A stretch of 64,000 bases of DNA, taken from Thermoplasmatota archaeon. Its GTDB lineage: Archaea; Thermoplasmatota; E2; JACPAO01; JAHFTW01. A program made the translations under genes and the position numbers. This document shows positions 47,661-56,744 of the stretch, in pieces. Where the stretch lies: assembly GCA_041601615.1 (NCBI GenBank), contig JBFIHX010000004.1, positions 32,001 through 96,000 of the forward strand, in the 5' to 3' direction. A model generated the notes under the pieces. It saw only the letters and a program-made list of their open reading frames with translations. It was not told where the DNA came from and did no database searches. How positions within the stretch are numbered: the stretch's first letter is position 1; every line of letters starts with the position of its first letter.

Positions 47661-48214
47661 TCTTCACCTCCCTTGTTGGTGATGTAGATGCCATCCTGGA
47701 AGACGCGGATGTCGCGGCCCTTCACGCGGGTGGCAAGTTCGATGTTGGCCGCGGTCTGACCGACGGCGTGGATGTCGATGCCTTCTACGGTGACATCGGC
47801 GCCCTTGACAGTCACCTTGGCACCGGGAACAATCGTGGCTCGGCGAGCGTGGCGCTCCCCGAGGAAGTTCTCGATGACCACTTCGGTGCTCTGCACGTTG
47901 ACCTTGATGGGAAAGTGGTTGTAGACGATCTTGAGCTGGTAGTTCCAGCCGTCGGTCACACCGCGGATCATGTTGCGGATGTGTGCGGCGTAGGTGCCGC
48001 AGATCGCCTTGTGTTCGCGTCGGGGCAGGTCCTTGTGGACCCGCACCACGTCGCCGTCGACATTGACGGTGACGCCGCGGTAGCGGAAGCGACGCTCCAG
48101 TTCGCCCTTGGGGCCCTTGACGAAGGTGTGGTTTTCGCCGTCGGCATGGTCGACCGTGATGGTGACGCCGGACGGGATGTCCACTTCATGGATGATTTCA
48201 GAGAGAATCGGCAT
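47657..48214 (-). CDS. rpl6: 50S ribosomal protein uL6
   Basis: KGPKG, HFPI, NFLGE, FQDGIYI. Confidence 0.95.
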   Translation of the reverse strand: MPILSEIIHEVDIPSGVTITVDHADGENHTFVKGPKGELERRFRYRGVTVNVDGDVVRVHKDLPRREHKAICGTYAAHIRNMIRGVTDGWNYQLKIVYNHFPIKVNVQSTEVVIENFLGERHARRATIVPGAKVTVKGADVTVEGIDIHAVGQTAANIELATRVKGRDIRVFQDGIYITNKGGEE

Positions 48215-48222
48215 AATATCAC

Positions 48223-48612
48223 CTAGTAGACGTAGGCGAGCAAACGCCCGCCTGTTCCGACCTCCTTGGCCTTGTATTGGTCGATGACGCCGTAGGTGGT
48301 CGTCAGAATCAGGGAGCCGAAGTCACGGGCCGGAAGGTACCGGGACTCCCACTCGTCGAATTCTGCCTTCTTGATGGCGTAGCGGGGCTTGATGACACCA
48401 CAGTTGTTGATCTGGCCGTTGAGGCTGATCTTGTACAGGCCGCCGCGTCCATCGTCTTCGTATTCGAAGGGGCCGATGTAGCCTTGGTCCTGCATTACCT
48501 TCAGAACGCGTCCAACGAGCTTCGAAGCGGGGGTGATGGTGGCCTCCGTTTTCTTGGCGCGCTCGGCGTTGCGGAGGACTGTCAATGCGTCTGCGAGAGG
48601 ATCGGTTTGCAT
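48223..48612 (-). CDS. rps8: 30S ribosomal protein uS8
   Basis: [26 protein letters not shown]. Confidence 0.96.
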   Translation of the reverse strand: MQTDPLADALTVLRNAERAKKTEATITPASKLVGRVLKVMQDQGYIGPFEYEDDGRGGLYKISLNGQINNCGVIKPRYAIKKAEFDEWESRYLPARDFGSLILTTTYGVIDQYKAKEVGTGGRLLAYVY

Positions 48613-48621
48613 TTTGTCACC

Positions 48622-48783
48622 TCAAAAGTACTTCTTGAACCCGAGCGTGCGGGCGTTGTCGCGGAAGCATTGTCGACATAGGCGCAGGGCATAGCGGCGC
48701 ACCATTCCACGGCGACGTCCGCAGGCCTGGCATCCTTCGATGCGACCCTTCCAGATCTGGCGTTCTTTCATGACGAGGGGCAT
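48622..48783 (-). CDS. rps14: 30S ribosomal protein uS14 (not in ORF track)
   Basis: Manual translation [53 protein letters not shown]. Confidence 0.93.
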   Translation of the reverse strand: MPLVMKERQIWKGRIEGCQACGRRRGMVRRYALRLCRQCFRDNARTLGFKKYF

Positions 48784-49308
48784 CTAGATGACCTCCAGGT
48801 TGAATTTCTCGGTAAGGAACGCCATGCATTCCTCACGGGTGACACGGTGGCTCCGGGGAACCTTGCGTGCCATGAGCCGGCGGCGCTTGATGCGGTGGCC
48901 GGGCTTTTCTAGGGTGATGGCGACATCCATGCCAAAGACACCGATGTCGGGGTCGTAGCGTTCGCCCTCGAAGGTGGTGTGGTCGGTGACACCGAATTGC
49001 AGGTTGCCTTGGTTGTCGAAGCTCCAGGCGTAGATCTTGTTCAAGCGCGTGTAGAGTGCGCGTCGAATGAAGTCTTCAGCCGCTTCGCCGCGGACGGTGA
49101 CCTTGCAGCCGATGGGCATGCCGGGGCGGACACCGAGTTCGCGGTTGTTGACCTTACCAAAGGTGCGCATCGGCTTTTGGCCGGTGAGCTTCTCGGCAAC
49201 GCGTTCTGCCTTCTCGAGGCGGTCGCCGCCCTCTCCGACACCGAAGTTGACGGTGACCTTGTGGACGCGGGGCAGGGTCATGGGGTTGACCGTGGCTGCA
49301 TCAGACAA
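48784..49308 (-). CDS. rpl5: 50S ribosomal protein uL5
   Basis: NPM, GVGEGG, IGCKVTVRG, YDPDIG.FGMD. Confidence 0.96.
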   Translation of the reverse strand: MSDAATVNPMTLPRVHKVTVNFGVGEGGDRLEKAERVAEKLTGQKPMRTFGKVNNRELGVRPGMPIGCKVTVRGEAAEDFIRRALYTRLNKIYAWSFDNQGNLQFGVTDHTTFEGERYDPDIGVFGMDVAITLEKPGHRIKRRRLMARKVPRSHRVTREECMAFLTEKFNLEVI

Positions 49309-50020
49309 TGGACGTCACCTCGTGCTTGGGGAGGTTCTTGCGGTCACCGATGGGGAAGGCGTAGGGCTTGATGGTGGTGAAGCTCTTCTCGCCGGATTGC
49401 AGGTGGACCAGGTTGGCCTTGTGGCTGCGGGTCACTTCGATGCTGGCGATCGGGGCGATCTCACCGGCGTGCTGGCCACCCGTGATGAACACTTCAGCGC
49501 CTTCTCCAACGGGGAAGTGGCCGATGATCTTCTGGGAGGGCAGCTCGATGCGGAGCACGTCGCCGGTCTTGTAGTCGTCCTTCTTGACAAGCAAGTTGCG
49601 GCCGTCGTGCAGGTTGAGCTGGGTAGCGCCGCCCTTGACGGTGGTCTTGTTGTCGATTTGGCACATCTTCCAGGTCGCGTCCTTGGAGCCGACTTCGACG
49701 AAGCGCAGGCGGGCCTTGTGGTCCAAGACGACGCGCCAGGTGCGCTTGAGGATGGGTACGCTGACGACATCCATGAAGCCGACGGGGAACTTGGCGTCCT
49801 TGACGACGCGGCCGTCGACGTGGATCTTGCCGGCGCCGATGGCGGTGCGCGCTTCACGGCCGGAGGCCGCGAGGTCGAGGTAGTCACGCAGCACGGTCGC
49901 GAGGGGGACGGCGCGCTCGATGGCGTGCGGTCCGGCGCGCGGCTTGGTGGTGTAGACGTTGGTCTTGCGGGGGATGGTCCAGGACCGGGGGGTCGCTAGA
50001 CGCTTCAGGTGCTTGCTCAT
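49301..50020 (-). CDS. rps4e: 30S ribosomal protein eS4
   Basis: HLKRL, GPH, FPVGFMDV, LHDGRN. Confidence 0.96.
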   Translation of the reverse strand: MSKHLKRLATPRSWTIPRKTNVYTTKPRAGPHAIERAVPLATVLRDYLDLAASGREARTAIGAGKIHVDGRVVKDAKFPVGFMDVVSVPILKRTWRVVLDHKARLRFVEVGSKDATWKMCQIDNKTTVKGGATQLNLHDGRNLLVKKDDYKTGDVLRIELPSQKIIGHFPVGEGAEVFITGGQHAGEIAPIASIEVTRSHKANLVHLQSGEKSFTTIKPYAFPIGDRKNLPKHEVTSIV

Positions 50021-50397
50021 TCGGAGGCCTCCTTGGACTTTTCATCGCCGCCCAGTTTGGTGCGGCGGCGCTTGTCCTCAAGGTTGAGGCGGGTGATCAG
50101 CAGGTTGCTGGCGTTGACCGGAAGGGCGACGTCGGTGCCGTCGGCCTTCTTGTGGGTCACACCTTCAACGATGACCTTGCGGTCCTTGGTGCGGATCTCA
50201 ACGACCTTGCCGGAGTGGCCGCGGTGGCCTCCGCGCATGACCTTGACCTCGTCGCCGGTGACGACGGGGATGGATCGGACGTTGTACTTCAGCAGCAGTT
50301 CCTCAGAAAGGTGACTGGCGATCTGCTTGCGGCGGATGTGCAGCGGGGCGTCGTAGAGCGCCTTTCGCTGCTTTCGGGGTTGGGAACTCGTCGTCAT
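50017..50397 (-). CDS. rpl24: 50S ribosomal protein uL24
   Basis: SSQPRKQRK, GDEVKVMRG. Confidence 0.96.
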   Translation of the reverse strand: MTTSSQPRKQRKALYDAPLHIRRKQIASHLSEELLLKYNVRSIPVVTGDEVKVMRGGHRGHSGKVVEIRTKDRKVIVEGVTHKKADGTDVALPVNASNLLITRLNLEDKRRRTKLGGDEKSKEASE

Positions 50398-50406
50398 CAG
50401 AATACC

Positions 50407-50805
50407 TCAAACGATCGTGTTGGCCGTGGCACTGATGCGGGGCCAGCGTTGGGCGCTCTCTCGGGACACGGGGCCCTTGATCTGGCTTCCCTTGACTTCG
50501 CCGTCTTCGGTGATGATGACGCATGCGTTGTCTTCGAATTGCACGGTGACACCGTCCGGGCGCTTGTACGGGCGCTTTTGGCGCACGACGACGGCCTGGA
50601 GGATTTGGCGGCGCATTTCGGGGCTGCCCTTCTTGACGGAGACGATGATTTTGTCACCGACGCCGGCTGCGGGGTAGCGGCGGGCGGTGGTGTGGGTGCC
50701 GGGCACCATGATGATCTCGACGATCTTGGCTCCGGTGTTGTCGACGCAGTCGAGGCGGGCGCCGGTGGGTAGGCCGCGGGTGACGCTGCCGGGAATTCCA
50801 CGCAT
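50407..50805 (-). CDS. rpl14: 50S ribosomal protein uL14
   Basis: DNTGAK, AVVVRQ, FEDNA, GPV.RE. Confidence 0.96.
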   Translation of the reverse strand: MRGIPGSVTRGLPTGARLDCVDNTGAKIVEIIMVPGTHTTARRYPAAGVGDKIIVSVKKGSPEMRRQILQAVVVRQKRPYKRPDGVTVQFEDNACVIITEDGEVKGSQIKGPVSRESAQRWPRISATANTIV

Positions 50806-51153
50806 TTAGGTCGCCTCTTGGCTGCGGTTCTCGACCACGACGAATTTGATCGTCTTGCTGATCGGGCGGCACTCGGCGATGAGGACCTCGTCGCCGACGC
50901 TGACGTCGATGTTGCTGGGCAGGTGCGCAGGGTAGCGGCTGGTTCGCTTTTCGAACCGCTGGTACTTGGGCACCAGTCGCTGGTGTTCCTTCTCCACGAC
51001 GACGGCGCCACTCATCTTCGCGCTGACGACACGACCAACGATGGTCGCGCCGCGCACGGGAAGGGTGCCGTTGAAGGGGTTCAGGGTGTCACCAAGCGCC
51101 GGCGCACGCTTGGGCGCACGCACGTCTATGCCGATGTCACGGACTTCGCTCAT
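50806..51153 (-). CDS. rps17: 30S ribosomal protein uS17
   Basis: PF.G.L.VRG, KYQRFEKR, ECRPISKT. Confidence 0.95.
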   Translation of the reverse strand: MSEVRDIGIDVRAPKRAPALGDTLNPFNGTLPVRGATIVGRVVSAKMSGAVVVEKEHQRLVPKYQRFEKRTSRYPAHLPSNIDVSVGDEVLIAECRPISKTIKFVVVENRSQEAT

Positions 51154-51325
51154 GAATGGTTCTCCTTGTATGCGGCGAGGACAGGTAACCCGGGTGGGTT
51201 TCTGGCCCCTTAACACCCAGCTCGTTTCCTTGCGGGATGCGGCCCGACCGCGGCGGGCAATGATGCGGTTTGATGGAGTCGAGGCATAGCCCTGACTCCT
51301 CTCTGGGGCGCGGTGAGGTGGCGCG

Positions 51326-51336
51326 AGATATAAGGT
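51326..51336 (-). promoter_or_regulatory. Putative TATA box for the uS17-secY block
   Basis: CCTTATATCT on minus strand about 175 nt upstream of the uS17 start. Confidence 0.45.
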
Positions 51337-51582
51337 TGGGGGTGGCTTCGTGTGGAGACGAACGGGTGTTCTATCTTCGGTGATTTGTAATGATTTTAGG
51401 GGAATGGCCGCCCCAATTGCCCCAAATAAATCCCCCCTTTGCAGTCATGAATAGATAGTAATGAAGAGGCATCGAGGCTAATTTGGCCTAATATTAGGCT
51501 CGGTGCGACCTGAGGGGTGTCGAATTTATCCTATAGAATTTTAATTCATAAATATTATATAGATATTTAATTGGGCCCCTTC

Positions 51583-52128
51583 ATGGAGACATTCTCCGAG
51601 CAACTACCACCCACCGTGATCACCAACCTGGACCAAATCCAAGACGGCCAAATCATTTCCATCAAGAGTGCGACGTTCGACAACGTCTTCCTGCGCATGG
51701 ACGGATCCGGAGTCACAAAGGCGACCGCCCAAGGGCAAGGCTCGGTCAATTGCCAATTCGGCGCCTATGAATGGGAGCAATTCCGCATCTGCAGGCACCC
51801 TTTCAACGCCTTCACATTCGAGTCCGTGGCCCACCCCGGTGTTTACCTTCGCATGGACGGCAAGAACGTTGTTCAGGACGAAAAGAACGGCGCGGGCACA
51901 GTCAACTGCCAGTTCGGGTACGGACCGTACGAGTTCTTCACGCTGACACAACTAGCTGACTCCATATTTGGCATTGAATCGGCCCTCTTTGACAGAGTCT
52001 ACCTCCGAATGGACGGGAGCAAGGCCGACGCATTTTCCGGCACCGGAGCCGGAACCGTCAATTGCCAATTTGGCGCAGTGGGCGCTGAACGGTTCTATCT
52101 CGTAGTTCACTCATCCCCGCCGGCTTGA
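51583..52128 (+). CDS. Three-repeat beta-trefoil (fascin-like) protein
   Basis: 3x [IES..F..VYLRMDG......G.GTVNCQFG...E.F]; AT-rich upstream region. Confidence 0.75.
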   Translation: METFSEQLPPTVITNLDQIQDGQIISIKSATFDNVFLRMDGSGVTKATAQGQGSVNCQFGAYEWEQFRICRHPFNAFTFESVAHPGVYLRMDGKNVVQDEKNGAGTVNCQFGYGPYEFFTLTQLADSIFGIESALFDRVYLRMDGSKADAFSGTGAGTVNCQFGAVGAERFYLVVHSSPPA

Positions 52129-52330
52129 TTTGGTGCTCGGATTCACGGCTCTTTCTTCCCGCTTCTTCAACCCCACCGGCCACAGGTTGCTCTTCCCGCC
52201 CCCTCCGGCCCCCCGCGCCCTCCTTCGACTACCGTGCCGGCGCTACCGTACTTTTTTGGTGCGCCCATCGTCGCCCCCTCTGGGGCCACCGAAGGTCCAC
52301 TCGCCTGCGGCTCGCCGCAAAATGAAAGCC

Positions 52331-52666
52331 CTACCGGACCTTCTTTGTGCGATCTTGAGACCGGAACTCAATGGCCCGACCTTCCACAATCACGGGCTCC
52401 CCCGTGCGGCCGGGTGACTGAAATGCAAACGTGCATGCCGCTTTCGCCAACTGCACGCGCCGACCACCGGAGCCACCCACGCGCAGGGTCAATGTGTGCA
52501 GCGTCTCGCCCACCACGTCGCCCGTGAGGCCTTGGATGCCGGCATCGGCACTGTCGTGGACGGTGCAGAGCAAGCCCACGAGTTCGCCACGGGCCACGCT
52601 TTTGGCCGGGCCTTGGAGTCGAGGGACGAAACGCTTCACGGGGCGGCCGACGCAGAGGGGCTTCAA
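52331..52666 (-). CDS. rnp1: Ribonuclease P protein subunit p29 (Pop4)
   Basis: ELVGL...V, G..G.VVGET..TL, K....F; canonical position between SUI1 and uS17. Confidence 0.88.
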   Translation of the reverse strand: MKPLCVGRPVKRFVPRLQGPAKSVARGELVGLLCTVHDSADAGIQGLTGDVVGETLHTLTLRVGGSGGRRVQLAKAACTFAFQSPGRTGEPVIVEGRAIEFRSQDRTKKVR

Positions 52667-53070
52667 AGCAGTTCGGCGGTGGTGATGATGGGGACGCCTG
52701 CCTCAAGTCGGAGGGTTGCATCGTGCGTCCAAAGGATGCCGTGGACGGCGAGGGTGCATGCGACATAGGGTGCGTCTTTGGAACCGGATCGTTTGCATCG
52801 TTTTCGAGCTTCGGTTGCATGGATGGCCATCATGGCCTCCGACACACTTTCGATGCGGTCTTGGAAGGCTGCCCACACCGCTTCGAATACTGCGGGGGCG
52901 AGGAGGCTTTTTTTCAACAGAAATTCACGCCGAGAGGCCGCTTCCTCCCAAAGCCAGGCTGGGGCATAGAGGGGGCGGTCCAATTCCAAAATCAGGCGTC
53001 GGGTAGCTACATCTCGAAGAAGCGCACTGAACAGGAGGTTGGCATCCACCACAAGAGGTGGTTCAATCAA
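52663..53070 (-). CDS. PIN-domain toxin (VapC-like)
   Basis: VVDANLLFSALL, KDAPYVAC.L, LWTHD; TTG start overlapping antitoxin stop. Confidence 0.88.
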   Translation of the reverse strand: MIEPPLVVDANLLFSALLRDVATRRLILELDRPLYAPAWLWEEAASRREFLLKKSLLAPAVFEAVWAAFQDRIESVSEAMMAIHATEARKRCKRSGSKDAPYVACTLAVHGILWTHDATLRLEAGVPIITTAELL

Positions 53071-53290
53071 GGGCTTCGAACCGCCGCGCCATTGATTCGT
53101 CCACGTCGCGGGCCACATCAGAGATGTCAGCCTCGGTCAGTTCGGACTCGGCGAGCAATCGGTCCCAGACATGCACATGATCCAGCTTGCGCCGGAATGC
53201 TTGGCGTGCCACTTCGGACCACTTGATTTCCTTGTGGCGCTTAATCTCCGCAAACAACTCGTCGTCCACGGACAGGGTCATGTTGGGCAC
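53063..53290 (-). CDS. Ribbon-helix-helix antitoxin (VapB-like)
   Basis: PNMTLSVDDEL...EIKWSEVARQAF; immediately upstream of PIN gene. Confidence 0.85.
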   Translation of the reverse strand: MPNMTLSVDDELFAEIKRHKEIKWSEVARQAFRRKLDHVHVWDRLLAESELTEADISDVARDVDESMARRFEALD

Positions 53291-53293
53291 AAC

Positions 53294-53321
53294 CAGAAAT
53301 ATGTGTGCCCACATATTTCTG
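53294..53321. promoter_or_regulatory. Perfect inverted repeat, probable TA operator
   Basis: CAGAAATATGTG-TGCC-CACATATTTCTG, 3 bp upstream of the antitoxin GTG. Confidence 0.7.
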
Positions 53322-53327
53322 TGTTGC

Positions 53328-53636
53328 TCAGTCGGCTTTGGCTCGGAACCCCATTTCGTCGAGGACCCCGACGACTTTTCGGACGTGGTCACCCTGCAAT
53401 TCAATGTGCCCTTCCTTGAGGGCCCCTCCACAAGCGCACTTGCTCTTGAGCCGAGTCAGGAGTTTTTTGGCATCGATGCTGGAATCGTTGAACCCGGTGA
53501 TGATGGTCATCAACTTCCCGTAGCGACGGGAATCTGTGGTAATCCTGAGTTCCAACTGCTCTTTGGCAATGGAATCCAGTTCGTCGAATTCTGAGAGTTC
53601 GGGTGGCAAGCCTGCTGCGCTGAAGATATCACTCAT
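53328..53636 (-). CDS. Translation initiation factor aIF1/SUI1, paralog lacking N-terminal Cys motif
   Basis: RRYGK.MTII.G, LKSKCACGG, IELQGDH. Confidence 0.9.
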   Translation of the reverse strand: MSDIFSAAGLPPELSEFDELDSIAKEQLELRITTDSRRYGKLMTIITGFNDSSIDAKKLLTRLKSKCACGGALKEGHIELQGDHVRKVVGVLDEMGFRAKAD

Positions 53637-53789
53637 CGAGCCGTTCGCAGATTGGATGGAGGCTCGTCTGGAAAAGCGTGACGGACACATCCCCGAAAGT
53701 ACAAAGGCCCAATAGTCGGCCCAAAACGCGGCCGAGGGAGTGTTGGATAAGGAGAGAAAGTGGAAAAAGGAGGGACAAGGACGTGTCGA

Positions 53790-54089
53790 TCAGTCAACGC
53801 GACTGTCGAAGCCAAGCTCTTGCAGGACTTTCTGCACTTTGCGCGCGTGGTCTCCCTGGAGTTCGATGTGATTCTCCTTCCGGGTGCCTCCACAGGCGCA
53901 CTTGTTCTTGAGCTTCGAGAGCAGACCATCCATGTCGATGCTGGTGGCGTCGATGCCGTCCACGATGGTCATCTTCTTGCCGTAGCGGCGGGTATCCACA
54001 AAGATGCGGATTTCCTGCTGTTCGCGGGCGATGTCCTCGCAGACGCAGATCTCCTCCGGCAGGCCACAGCCTGTGCAGATGCCGCTCAT
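53790..54089 (-). CDS. sui1: Translation initiation factor aIF1/SUI1 (Cys-rich N-terminus)
   Basis: CTGCGLPEEICVC, RRYGK, CACGGT, IELQGDH; overlaps uL29 stop. Confidence 0.95.
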   Translation of the reverse strand: MSGICTGCGLPEEICVCEDIAREQQEIRIFVDTRRYGKKMTIVDGIDATSIDMDGLLSKLKNKCACGGTRKENHIELQGDHARKVQKVLQELGFDSRVD

Positions 54090-54289
54090 TGGGCCATGAG
54101 CTCTTCCTCACGCAGGATGGTGAGGATGCGGGCGATCTCTCGGCGCAGGGTGCGGATCTTGCCAGGGTTGGGCGTAGAGCCACCCATGGCTTGGACACCG
54201 CGCTCCTGCATGAGGTCGTGACGCAGTTCGTTGAGGCGCTCTAGGCGCTCGTCGTGCTTGAGCTCGCGGATTTCCTTGGCCTTCAGCAT
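54086..54289 (-). CDS. rpl29: 50S ribosomal protein uL29
   Basis: NPGKIR.LRREIARILT. Confidence 0.95.
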   Translation of the reverse strand: MLKAKEIRELKHDERLERLNELRHDLMQERGVQAMGGSTPNPGKIRTLRREIARILTILREEELMAQ

Positions 54290-55086
54290 TATGCGTCACC
54301 TCCGACGGTGAAGCTCTTGCGCTCGCGGCGACCATCAGCGGCACCCTCCTTCTTGGCGGGCGCTGCGGCGGGCTTGTCACCGGCGGCGGCGGGAGCGTCT
54401 GCTGCGGGGGCGGCGGGGACAGTCTCGACACCAGCGGCGCTGGCTGCGACCTTGGCTTGCTTGGCCTGGGCTTCGCGGTCCTTCTCGCCGGGGGCGTAGA
54501 TCTTGACCACGTCGGGCAGGACGGCGTCCTTGCGCATGATGCGAACCGTGCAGCCGATGGTGCCCAGTTTCTTCTTGCACATGGCGTAGCCGGTGTCCAT
54601 CAGTTCTAGGGCGGTGTCGCCGCAGTACTTGACGTGACCCGCGATGAACTTCTCGCGGCGCTTGCGCTGACCGGTTAGCTTGCCGGCGATCTCGACGATG
54701 ACGCCCTGTGCGCCACTGCCCATGATGCGCTGGACGGTGCTGTGACCGACCCGGCGGAAGTGCCATCCGCGCTCCAGGCTCTCGGCCACCTTGATGGCCA
54801 TGATCTGGGCGTTGAGGGCGGGGTTCTCGCTGGGCTCTTCGACGCTGATTTGCGGGTTCTCCAGGTTGAACTTGGTGTTCAGGTCCGTGGTGAGCTGGTT
54901 GATGGTCACACCACGGCGGCCGATGACCATGCCGGGGCGTTCCGCGATGATGTTCACGCGGGTGCCGAGGGGAGTCCGCTGGATGTCCAGACCGCCGAAG
55001 CCGGCGCGCTGGGTTTCCTTGTGGATGAACTCCTTGACGAGCAGCCGGTGGACGCTTTCCTTGATGAACTTGCGTTCGACTGCCAT
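54289..55086 (-). CDS. rps3: 30S ribosomal protein uS3
   Basis: RPGMVIGRRG KH motif, LERGWHFRR, GKLTG. Confidence 0.96.
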   Translation of the reverse strand: MAVERKFIKESVHRLLVKEFIHKETQRAGFGGLDIQRTPLGTRVNIIAERPGMVIGRRGVTINQLTTDLNTKFNLENPQISVEEPSENPALNAQIMAIKVAESLERGWHFRRVGHSTVQRIMGSGAQGVIVEIAGKLTGQRKRREKFIAGHVKYCGDTALELMDTGYAMCKKKLGTIGCTVRIMRKDAVLPDVVKIYAPGEKDREAQAKQAKVAASAAGVETVPAAPAADAPAAAGDKPAAAPAKKEGAADGRRERKSFTVGGDA

Positions 55087-55554
55087 TTAGTTGTCCTCCT
55101 CTTCCATCTGGGTGACGATCACTTCAAAGTTGCAGAGCCGGTTGAAGCTCGGGGTGGCGCGGCCGTATGCGCGGGGCATGTAGGCCTTCTGGACGGTGCC
55201 CTGGTATGCACTTGCGTGCGTGATGACCAAGGTGTCCGTGTCCAGGCCCTTGTACTCGGCGTTGGCCTCGGCAGACTCGATGACACTGAGGAACATCTTG
55301 GCCACCTTGACGGGGTACTTGCCGGGGCCGAAGCCTTCACCGCGGCGGTGGGCAATCTTGCGCTTGCGGACCGTGAAGGGGACAGCCGTCTTGAGCGCCG
55401 CGACTTCCGTGAGGAAGACCTTGGCGCGGCTGACGGGCATGCCCTTGATGGCTTTGCAGACGTTGCGGCCGCTCTTGGGGGAGCAGTTGAGGTCCTTGCC
55501 GTAGGCGCGGGCCGTTTTTTCGGGGTCAGAGACCGTGCTGTATTTGGTAGTCAT
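55087..55554 (-). CDS. rpl22: 50S ribosomal protein uL22
   Basis: GKYPVK, NAEYKGLD, PRAYGRATP. Confidence 0.96.
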   Translation of the reverse strand: MTTKYSTVSDPEKTARAYGKDLNCSPKSGRNVCKAIKGMPVSRAKVFLTEVAALKTAVPFTVRKRKIAHRRGEGFGPGKYPVKVAKMFLSVIESAEANAEYKGLDTDTLVITHASAYQGTVQKAYMPRAYGRATPSFNRLCNFEVIVTQMEEEDN

Positions 55555-55565
55555 TGTCTCTCACC

Positions 55566-56033
55566 TCACTTCAACGGAACGTGCTTGCTGCCTCGGGTCG
55601 CACCGACACCGACACCCGAGTGGGCGCAGTATTTGGTGGAGTTTGCGAACTCGCCGAGGCGGTGACCGATCATCTCGGGCATCACGACGATGTCCTGGAA
55701 CTCTTTGCCGGTGTAGACGGAGACCGTCTTGCCGACAAAGCGAGGTAGGACTGCGAGGTGGCGGTAGTGGGTTCGCACGGCGTTGCCGGGCTCTGCCACT
55801 TCCATCTTCTCCAGGAACTTCTTCTCGGGGACGGTGACACCGCGCACGTAGCTGCGGCGCACTCGGCTCGGGAGCAGTTCGAGAAGGTCGTCCAGGGGCA
55901 GAGACTGGAGTTCTTCCAGGCTCTTTCCTCGGTACGAGAATTCCTTCTTCTGGCGGGTCTCGATGCTTGCTTGGAGCTTCCTTTGGCGGCGTCGTGCGGC
56001 ACCTGCGGAAGTGAATCCCTTCTTTTTGGCCAT
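55566..56033 (-). CDS. rps19: 30S ribosomal protein uS19
   Basis: FSYRG, RTH.R, PEMIGH.LGEF, GATRGSK. Confidence 0.96.
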   Translation of the reverse strand: MAKKKGFTSAGAARRRQRKLQASIETRQKKEFSYRGKSLEELQSLPLDDLLELLPSRVRRSYVRGVTVPEKKFLEKMEVAEPGNAVRTHYRHLAVLPRFVGKTVSVYTGKEFQDIVVMPEMIGHRLGEFANSTKYCAHSGVGVGATRGSKHVPLK

Positions 56034-56038
56034 TTAAT

Positions 56039-56743
56039 TCACCTCTTCCCCGTCCGCTTGGGCGCGATCTTACCGACCTTACGGCCAGGGGGGGTACCAC
56101 GGGCGACACTGGTGCGTCCGGGCGTGTAGTTGTGGGCGCCACCGCCGTGCGGGTGGTCCACAGGGTTCATGGCAACACCGCGAACGCGGGGCCACTTGAC
56201 CGCCTTGGTCTTCATCAGGTGGAATTTCTTTCCAGCCTTCAGGAACGGCTTGTCGCCGCGTCCGCCACCAGCGACTAGGCCAACGGTGGCCCGGCAGTTG
56301 GGGTGGAACTTGCGGAATTTGCCGCTGGGCATGCGAACCACAGTGCTCTTGGAGTCGTGGCTGACGATTTCAGCAGCGTTGCCGGCAGCGCGGCAGAACT
56401 TGCCGCCGTCGTTGGGGCGGCCTTCCACGTTGAAAATGGGGGTGCCCTCGGGGATCTTGCTGACGATGGTGACATTGCCGGGCTTGATCTGGGTCGTGTC
56501 GGTGTACACGATGGCTTGACCGACACGGGCACCCTCGGCCGCGATCTGGAGGCTCTTGGAGCCGTCCGCGAACGCGATCTCACACAGGACCGCAGTGCGG
56601 CCGGGTGCGTGGATGAGTTTGGCGATTGATCCCTCGCCCATGAATTTCACGGGGTAGGAGACCTGTCCCTTGTGCTTGTGGCTGGGGCTCGTCAGGCGCG
56701 GCTTTGCAGATCCACGTCGACGGCTCAGAATTCGCTTACCCAT
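56039..56743 (-). CDS. rpl2: 50S ribosomal protein uL2
   Basis: MGKR, H.PGR, RGVAMNPVDHPHGGG. Confidence 0.97.
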   Translation of the reverse strand: MGKRILSRRRGSAKPRLTSPSHKHKGQVSYPVKFMGEGSIAKLIHAPGRTAVLCEIAFADGSKSLQIAAEGARVGQAIVYTDTTQIKPGNVTIVSKIPEGTPIFNVEGRPNDGGKFCRAAGNAAEIVSHDSKSTVVRMPSGKFRKFHPNCRATVGLVAGGGRGDKPFLKAGKKFHLMKTKAVKWPRVRGVAMNPVDHPHGGGAHNYTPGRTSVARGTPPGRKVGKIAPKRTGKR

Positions 56744-56744
56744 G

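Noticed and set aside
51259-51296. Box C/D sRNA (ATGATG...CTGA); similar pattern at 51461-51513
   Set aside because: Imperfect C boxes, no convincing C'/D' pair, and guide regions too short or self-paired.
53294-53321. dif/Xer site (28 bp, could be read 11-6-11)
   Set aside because: Lacks the TAA/TTA inner arms typical of dif; its position at the antitoxin start fits an operator better.
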